Below, one piece after another: positions 57,835 through 64,000 of a DNA stretch of 64,000 nucleotides (positions within the stretch are counted from its first letter, which is position 1; each line of letters begins with the position of its first letter). The DNA is taken from contig CAMJMP010000001.1 of the NCBI GenBank assembly GCA_946407055.1, positions 6,847 to 70,846 of the forward strand, read 5' to 3'. The DNA is from an uncultured Mycoplasmatota bacterium. Lineage in GTDB: Bacteria > Bacillota_I > Bacilli_A > RF39 > UBA660. A model generated the notes under the pieces. The model saw only the letters and a list, made by a program, of their open reading frames with translations, was not told where the DNA came from and did not search any database. Both the position numbers and the translations under genes were made by a program.

Positions 57835-60800
57835 CTATGGATATTTTGTTAATAAATCATGTTTTATTCCAATTTCTTCAAGAGACTTAACATCCCAATC
57901 AATAGGATTAAATCTAACTTCTCCAACAACATGATCTTCAATACGTATTGTTTCCTTTCTAGTTTCGTTTTCAACAGATAAAAGCCTATCACTAGGAACC
58001 ATGTAATAATTACTTACATCTATATTTCTAATGATTAAATTTACTTTTTTAGCATATCCATTTATAGCACCCATAGATTTTTGTATTCTATACCAAGCTG
58101 TTGCAGGTGGTATGTTTTCACTTGCTGCTAAAGCTTCAATATCTTCTCTATAAAATCTACTATTTAATTTTTCCCAAAGTTCAGTGTGAAGTGTTTCAGG
58201 ATCTTGTGTATAAATGTATCTACCTGTTGCTGCATAAGGATTTTGAACTTTAAGTATATATGGGAAAAGTTCAAGTTGATCAAGTGGAACTTTTTCATCA
58301 AAAGATGACTCAAATTTATGAAAATCTGATAATTTATATTGAGGATTATCATGTAGATTTTCAAAAATTGGCATTAATGATTGTTGTCCTTGCTTACCGT
58401 AATGAGCAATTAATCCATAATAATAGAATAAATCAACTAATGGAATATTTTGTCCATTAAGATTATATGAATATCCTTGAAGTTTATTAAATTCTGATTT
58501 ATAACTATTAAATACACCTCTTTCTTCATCAGAAGAAGGTAACATATTAATAGGAAGTGTGTAGTTAATAATAGGATTGTGAGTAACTGTGTTTGTTAAT
58601 ATTGAAACTGTTAACGCTTTAATAAATCTGTTATCAGAAATATTTTTAGTAGTTCCATTTTCTCCAAGTGAACCTTTTTGTAAATTAGGTATAATTATAT
58701 TTTCCATAATATACTTAAATGAAGCATCACCAGAAGCAGTTCCTAATTTAATTTCACATTCTTCATCTATTAATTTTCCATTAGCTATACTTTTTATACC
58801 TTTTGGTATTTTAATAGATGGAAGATTTCTTAACATCCATTTACGTCTTACATAATCAGAATAATAATTAGCAATTCCTTTGAATAAATCTTGTTTATCT
58901 TTACTTGTATTTCCAACTAAACCTTCTTCTAATAAATATGTTCCTATTTCAACAGTGGTTTTAAACTTATTACTTGTTTCTAAACTTGATTTATATGCTA
59001 CAACTAAAGATTGTAAATAACCAGAAAAATGAGGAACTGTGAATACTGCATCTAAAACATTAACAGATGCTTTTACGTTATCATAGTTTTCAATACATTG
59101 ATTTCTGTATTCTTCATCAGTATAGAATCGAACAAGATCGAAAGCCTCATATCCATTTTCTGCCTTTTTTGGAACATCTTTATTTTCTAATAGACTTAAT
59201 CTAACAGCTATTCTATGATTTGCATCTATTATAGCTTGATTTCTATTTCTAATTACATTTTCTAAATCAATTACTTTTGAAATTATTTCTTCTGGTTTTG
59301 TAGGTAAACCTTTATTAAGACCAAATATTTGTCCTAATATTTTTAATTCCTCAGCACCTTCAGAAAGTGTTTTTAATGAATTATAAGTCCATTCATTTTC
59401 TTTAACTATATTTACTTGTCTTATATACTCTTCTAATTCATCAATAAGTTGATTATATTTTTGTTTATCTTCAACGGCTACTTCTTTTGTAGTATTTCCG
59501 TATTTATATAATCCTTTTAATGATTCGAGTATTTCAATTTTATCATATAGATTTATTGATTTATCCCAAGCAAATTTAGCAAATAAATAATAAGGAGACA
59601 AATTTTGTACTCCATATTTCAATCCTAAAGATTTAGATAAGTATTCAATATAATTTGGAACTACTTTGTTGTTTACAATTTTAGTTTCATCATATTTACT
59701 TAGCGTATCACGAGGACCTGTTTCAAGATAATCGAAAACTTTTGATATAGAGAATATACCTTTTTCTCCTGTGAATACGTTACTCTTTGTAAGATCTGTT
59801 AATAATAAACCAACATCAGAAGTCATGATTTTAGATACTGATTCTATATCCATTCCAATAGAAACACCAAAAACATACATTCCTAATGTCTTAATGCCTG
59901 CGTTTAATTTACTTAACTGTAACTCTTTAGCATTATCAGTAGCAAGTGAAAGTAAAGCAGACAAATCTAGAGCCGCATCAGAATCATCATAAGTTTCAGA
60001 TAATGTATCATATAATTCAGATCCTATCTTAGGATTTATATTAGCGAAATATTTATAAATTCTAGCTCCTTTTTCACCAGGAACATAGATTTTTATTTCT
60101 TTATTTCTTCCTAATGCAATTCTATCCTTTTGTTTTCTAATTGCTTCACGTTCTTCATCGGTTCCTATTACAGGTCTATTAACAACATAATTGAAATATT
60201 CTGTTAATCCGAAGAAAGTTTTCATACCAACGGCACAGATACTAATACCATCTTTACCAACTTGGTTATCTTCGATAGATTCTGCTTTATTAAATACATT
60301 ACCAGGTGTACGTTCATTAATAAGTTTACCAACTTTAAAGTTCTTAGTAATATTTTTAACAGGACCCGTCATAGCATCTACAGAAGATTGTGCTTGAGTA
60401 AGATTTGCAGCTGTATCAATAATCTTATACATCTTATACATAGAATAATTTTTAGCAATAGAAATTAATTTATTATTACTTACATTACTAAGATAATTAT
60501 TATGTTCATTAATTATTGATGTAAATTCTTCTGTAAAATTACACTTCTTCATTCTTAAAGCCTTAGATAATCTTTCATTTAATTTATCATTTAATTGATA
60601 AAGTCCATTTTCATTAACTTCTTTAATAAATTCAGATAATAAAGTTAAATTAGGATTTTGTTTTAAGTAAATATGTGAAGTGTTTTTTCTTGTTCTAAAA
60701 TTAAATAAATCAGAATATTTATTAATTAAATTGCCAAAGTAGTTTAGAGCATCAGAATTAAATTCTGCTTTTTCATCATCTGTTGCGTCTTCTGATATAT

Positions 60801-60858
60801 CTTTAAGTTCTACATTCTTTCCAGTTGGGAAAGGTAGTTTCATAGAATCGTTAATATT
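57835..60858 (-). CDS. Giant intron-split gene, exon 2 (1002-aa ORF plus about 5 upstream codons); function unknown
   Basis: The frame is open 6 codons upstream of the ATG at 60843. It joins exon 1 (62045 and beyond) if the intron is removed. Confidence 0.45.
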   Translation of the reverse strand, partial: NINDSMKLPFPTGKNVELKDISEDATDDEKAEFNSDALNYFGNLINKYSDLFNFRTRKNTSHIYLKQNPNLTLLSEFIKEVNENGLYQLNDKLNERLSKALRMKKCNFTEEFTSIINEHNNYLSNVSNNKLISIAKNYSMYKMYKIIDTAANLTQAQSSVDAMTGPVKNITKNFKVGKLINERTPGNVFNKAESIEDNQVGKDGISICAVGMKTFFGLTEYFNYVVNRPVIGTDEEREAIRKQKDRIALGRNKEIKIYVPGEKGARIYKYFANINPKIGSELYDTLSETYDDSDAALDLSALLSLATDNAKELQLSKLNAGIKTLGMYVFGVSIGMDIESVSKIMTSDVGLLLTDLTKSNVFTGEKGIFSISKVFDYLETGPRDTLSKYDETKIVNNKVVPNYIEYLSKSLGLKYGVQNLSPYYLFAKFAWDKSINLYDKIEILESLKGLYKYGNTTKEVAVEDKQKYNQLIDELEEYIRQVNIVKENEWTYNSLKTLSEGAEELKILGQIFGLNKGLPTKPEEIISKVIDLENVIRNRNQAIIDANHRIAVRLSLLENKDVPKKAENGYEAFDLVRFYTDEEYRNQCIENYDNVKASVNVLDAVFTVPHFSGYLQSLVVAYKSSLETSNKFKTTVEIGTYLLEEGLVGNTSKDKQDLFKGIANYYSDYVRRKWMLRNLPSIKIPKGIKSIANGKLIDEECEIKLGTASGDASFKYIMENIIIPNLQKGSLGENGTTKNISDNRFIKALTVSILTNTVTHNPIINYTLPINMLPSSDEERGVFNSYKSEFNKLQGYSYNLNGQNIPLVDLFYYYGLIAHYGKQGQQSLMPIFENLHDNPQYKLSDFHKFESSFDEKVPLDQLELFPYILKVQNPYAATGRYIYTQDPETLHTELWEKLNSRFYREDIEALAASENIPPATAWYRIQKSMGAINGYAKKVNLIIRNIDVSNYYMVPSDRLLSVENETRKETIRIEDHVVGEVRFNPIDWDVKSLEEIGIKHDLLTKYP

Positions 60859-62044
60859 CTATAAAGAACTTAAATCTGCATAAGGAGACCAAAGTGGAAG
60901 TCTACCGCTCTTATCAATATCATATGCTGCAATAGATACAGCATCAATATCCGTTTACCATATATTTTTCAATATATGACTGACTATATCTTCATATAAT
61001 TAATTTCCAATTATATGTCTCGCGCTTCGAAAGTTATCAGTTTTCTGATAAGCAATAAATTCTTCTTTTGTAAAGTTATCTCTAATTTTATATAATAAAG
61101 ATGGAACTTGTTCTACATATGGTTTAATTATATTTACGAAATTTATGCAATCTTGTTCAGATGATGTTGCTAAAGAATATGTATTTTTTCCTTCTTTAAA
61201 AGGTCTAAAGTTAATATTCCAAATTTCTTTAAAATATGTAATCATCATATTAATTGTTTCTTCATCTACACAAGTAGCAATTTTACAAGTATGTTGTATA
61301 GAACTACGTTGAATAGAAGTATTAACATTAATACATCCATCATCCATATACCATATAGCTAATCCTAACGGATTTAACCAATTTAATAAATTTCTAGTAA
61401 AAGTTTTCTTTGGTTTATAAACACTTCTTCTTAATGCTTTAATTGTAGGATTTGTTTTTATTCTAACATATAAAACTTTGTTTCCTAAATTATATCCACA
61501 TTTAGATATATATTCTTTTAAACCACCATGTTCAAAACCATATTTTTCTAATAATTTAATTTTCCATTCTAAAAATTCTCGTTGAGATTCTGAATGTGAT
61601 AATTTATAATCTGGATGATTTGTGATTGTTCCATCTCCAATTAACATTGAAATTAATAGAGATTTTTGTTCTTTAGTAAGTTTTCTTTTAATTTTTCTTG
61701 CCATTTCATTTAAATTTTAATATTAAACTTAAATGAAAGCTCTCTACTCCCTTTTGGGATAGTCGATGAACTTTCATCCTTATACAAAATAAAAATATAA
61801 AATTTTGCATCAATTTACAAGTCTTATATTTAATTTTTGCATCTAGGATGCTTAGCTGCGGATTGTCCAATTCTTTTCTTTTTTACTATACCTTTATTAG
61901 TTAAATAAAGCCTTTATGTATATTTCTATCATAAATTAGTAGAAAAGACTCTAAGGAGTTTCCCGTCAGTTCACGAGATTTAATGACTACAACGATTTAT
62001 GAATTAATTCAAAGGTTCGTATGTCAATTTCGGACTGAAATTCA
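60859..62044 (-). mobile_element. Group I intron carrying a LAGLIDADG homing endonuclease ORF (boundaries inferred)
   Basis: On the minus strand: 'CCGCAGCTAAGCATCC', 'GTTCATCGACTATCCC' and 'AAGATATAGTCAGTC' (compare Tetrahymena 'AAGAUAUAGUCGGAC'). The exon ends in U (..GACTAT|) and the intron ends in G (..TATAG|). Confidence 0.55.
61000..61704 (-). CDS. LAGLIDADG homing endonuclease
   Basis: Two LAGLIDADG motifs, 'LLISMLIGDGTI' and 'LAIWYMDDGC'. Confidence 0.8.
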   Translation of the reverse strand: MARKIKRKLTKEQKSLLISMLIGDGTITNHPDYKLSHSESQREFLEWKIKLLEKYGFEHGGLKEYISKCGYNLGNKVLYVRIKTNPTIKALRRSVYKPKKTFTRNLLNWLNPLGLAIWYMDDGCINVNTSIQRSSIQHTCKIATCVDEETINMMITYFKEIWNINFRPFKEGKNTYSLATSSEQDCINFVNIIKPYVEQVPSLLYKIRDNFTKEEFIAYQKTDNFRSARHIIGN

Positions 62045-64000
62045 ATAGTCAGAACCTTGTAACCAAATCTGTGCTGTAGATACGAAAGCAGTATTAATAT
62101 TTGGGTTATCAAATGCTACAATCTTCATAGGCATGAATGATTGCATTGATTGAGAAGGTGTACGAGAAGCAACTGTTTCTAATGATTTTAAGAAAGAAGA
62201 ATGCATTTCTCTACCTAAAGTTTTTAAATAGTTAGCAAGAGGATGATCATTATCACTATCAATGTCTATAATATCATCAATTTTACTATTTTGTTCTTTA
62301 ATGATTTGAGTATTTAATTTAGTTAAAGCCTCTTCATCCCAAATATCAGAATCTTCTACAGTACCTTGAGTTAAGAATTGATAAAATCTGTTTGCTGATT
62401 TATTTTTACTTACTTTAAATAATTCAGCAGATGTAAATTCAGGATCAGATGTTTCTGAAATTTTAGCTGTTGTATAATTTAAGTGATTAACATAAAAACC
62501 AGGGTTCTTAGTGTAAATTATTTCATTACCTAAGCTATCAATATAGATTTTATCTTCTTGACTTGATAACGAATGTATTTGATTTCCATCTGAATCAATT
62601 CTGTATAAGTTTCCATTTTCTGAAAATTTATCAATTTTTAATTCAGTTAAACCATTTATTTGTTCTGGATATGTTGCAATATAATAATGATTTAGTTTTC
62701 CTGTAAACTTATTTTTACTACCATTTAATAAAGCAATACTATAATTACTTTCATCAGCAGTAGGTTTAATGTTATTAATCAACTTATAAGTAAAGAAATC
62801 TGGATCATTAGCTATATCAGTTAATTGATCATATTGATCAAGTCCAAACTCATTAATAAATATTTTAGGAAGAATTAATTCGTAAGGTTTTGACTTAATA
62901 CTTGTTTTATTAACTAAGACTTCTTGTCCATCAATTAAGACTGTTTGTTTATCAGTAAAATCGTTTCCGTTTTCTGATAAAACTAAGTTATCTTGTCTAA
63001 CAAGTTTACGTAGATATTTCTCTAATTGTTTATAATCAAATTCTCCATTAGGTAAAAGATGTTCATAGTTATGTTTAAATACAGAATAAAGTTCTTGTTG
63101 TTTAAGGAAATCCTTTTCATCAAGTATTTCTTTTAAATCAAACAATGCTCTAACAGAGTCTAAATCCCATAATGAATAATCATAACTATTTTCTCCAATA
63201 TTACCTTTAAATAATACATCATAGTTTCCTAATTCGTGACCTACTGTAAGGTCTTGAACTATAGAAGTATAACCTCCTTGTAATATACGTCTTTTTATAT
63301 CACTACGTTGTCTTGGAGTTTTAATCTGTACAGATTTTCCATCAATTATATAAGTTTTACCTATTTCTAAATAATTGAAGTTTATATTTTGTACAGGTTG
63401 TCCGTTTTCGTCAAGTGTTGTTTCAAGTACAACAGGTGCATTTTGTTGTATTGCTTGAAGATATTCTTCAGCAGATATTCCGTCTTCGTTATATTCTAAT
63501 TGTTCATACTTTACATCAATGTATCTAATTGAACCATCTGGGTTTGTTCCCTTTGGTATAGTATACATTTGCATAATATTATACGATGGAGTAAGAACTG
63601 ATAAGATTCCTGGAATTTTCATTTTAATACCAGAATTTGTTAAGAATACAGAAACTGTTGATAAGAATTTAGCATATACAGCAGGATTATCTTTTGGAAG
63701 TTTCTCTAAGAAATCCTCAGTTTTTAATTTTTGTCCTGTTTTAACTTTATCAATTAATTCAGATGCGAAAACAGAAAGTAAATCATTTTCACTCATTGAT
63801 TGTCTTGCTAATGCTTTAACAACTGTATTAACAGTAGCTTCAACAATTGCTTTTTGAGTGTCAACATTTTCATCATTAATATACTCTTTAATTGGTTCAA
63901 GTAATTCACTTGTTCCTATATCAGTAAGTGTTCTTAATGCTCTATACATTTCCATAGAATCATCAAGAGAGAATCCTTTATGTGCACAAGCATTCATAAC
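62045..64000 (-). CDS. Giant intron-split gene, exon 1 (more than 651 aa; continues past the window edge)
   Basis: The ORF is open to the window end ('...VMNACAHKG'). Its stop at 62042-62044 lies just inside the predicted intron. Confidence 0.45.

Noticed and set aside
58164-60468. Several 60-90-aa ORFs on both strands
   Set aside because: All lie within or antisense to the 1002-aa exon-2 ORF.
63519-63857. 112-aa + strand ORF
   Set aside because: Antisense to exon 1 of the giant minus-strand gene.
1-64000. Possibility of an alternative genetic code (stop-codon reassignment)
   Set aside because: ORFs are long, contiguous and tightly packed under the standard code. The only in-frame stops interrupting conserved genes coincide with sequences bearing group I intron core elements.
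1-64000. CRISPR arrays, rRNA genes, integrase or attachment sites, transposons
   Set aside because: No regularly spaced direct repeats, no rRNA-like conserved stretches and no tyrosine or serine recombinase motifs were seen. Mobile DNA is limited to the intron-borne homing endonucleases.

Overview
This is an AT-rich (roughly 30% GC) window with a lytic double-stranded DNA phage layout. About 50 kb of tightly packed, often overlapping genes on the + strand carry DNA replication, recombination and nucleotide-metabolism functions. After a shared terminator at about 51.8 kb, a block of very large genes runs on the minus strand to the window end. No rRNA, tRNA, CRISPR array or integrase was seen. 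Calls from sequence motifs: an SF2 helicase (cut at the 5' window edge), a DnaB-like helicase, a Sak4/AAA_24-like ATPase, a putative ssDNA-binding protein, a DnaG-type primase, a RecB/YqaJ-like exonuclease, anaerobic ribonucleotide reductase NrdD with its activase NrdG, PncA nicotinamidase, a Nudix hydrolase, dUTPase, ATP-dependent DNA ligase, a MazG-like protein, an RpoD-like sigma factor without region 1.1, a family B DNA polymerase, ThyX, two metallophosphoesterases, a formate/nitrite-transporter-family channel, HAD-family phosphatases, a radical SAM enzyme, a PARG-like macrodomain protein, RtcB RNA ligase, a YqeY/GatB-domain protein and an AAA ATPase. The most notable structures are three related group I introns. 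One carries a GIY-YIG homing endonuclease and splits the Sak4-like ATPase gene. One has no ORF and splits the DNA polymerase gene. One carries a LAGLIDADG homing endonuclease and splits a giant minus-strand gene of more than 1650 codons. A radical SAM gene is translationally coupled to four tandem paralogs that share an invariant N-terminal 'QIRxxLFETNSSSxHS' motif; this could be a RiPP-like system or a set of capsid-targeted injected proteins. There are also a three-member paralog family, several NAD/ADP-ribose and RNA-repair genes that look like counter-defence functions, and a 1599-aa protein carrying a RecB-like nuclease motif next to an HExxH metallopeptidase-like gene. Most start codons lack a Shine-Dalgarno sequence, TAnnTTTG-type -7 promoter elements are present, and the sigma factor is small; together these point to a Bacteroidota host. 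Nothing here is based on database searches; all calls rest on motifs read from the sequence.
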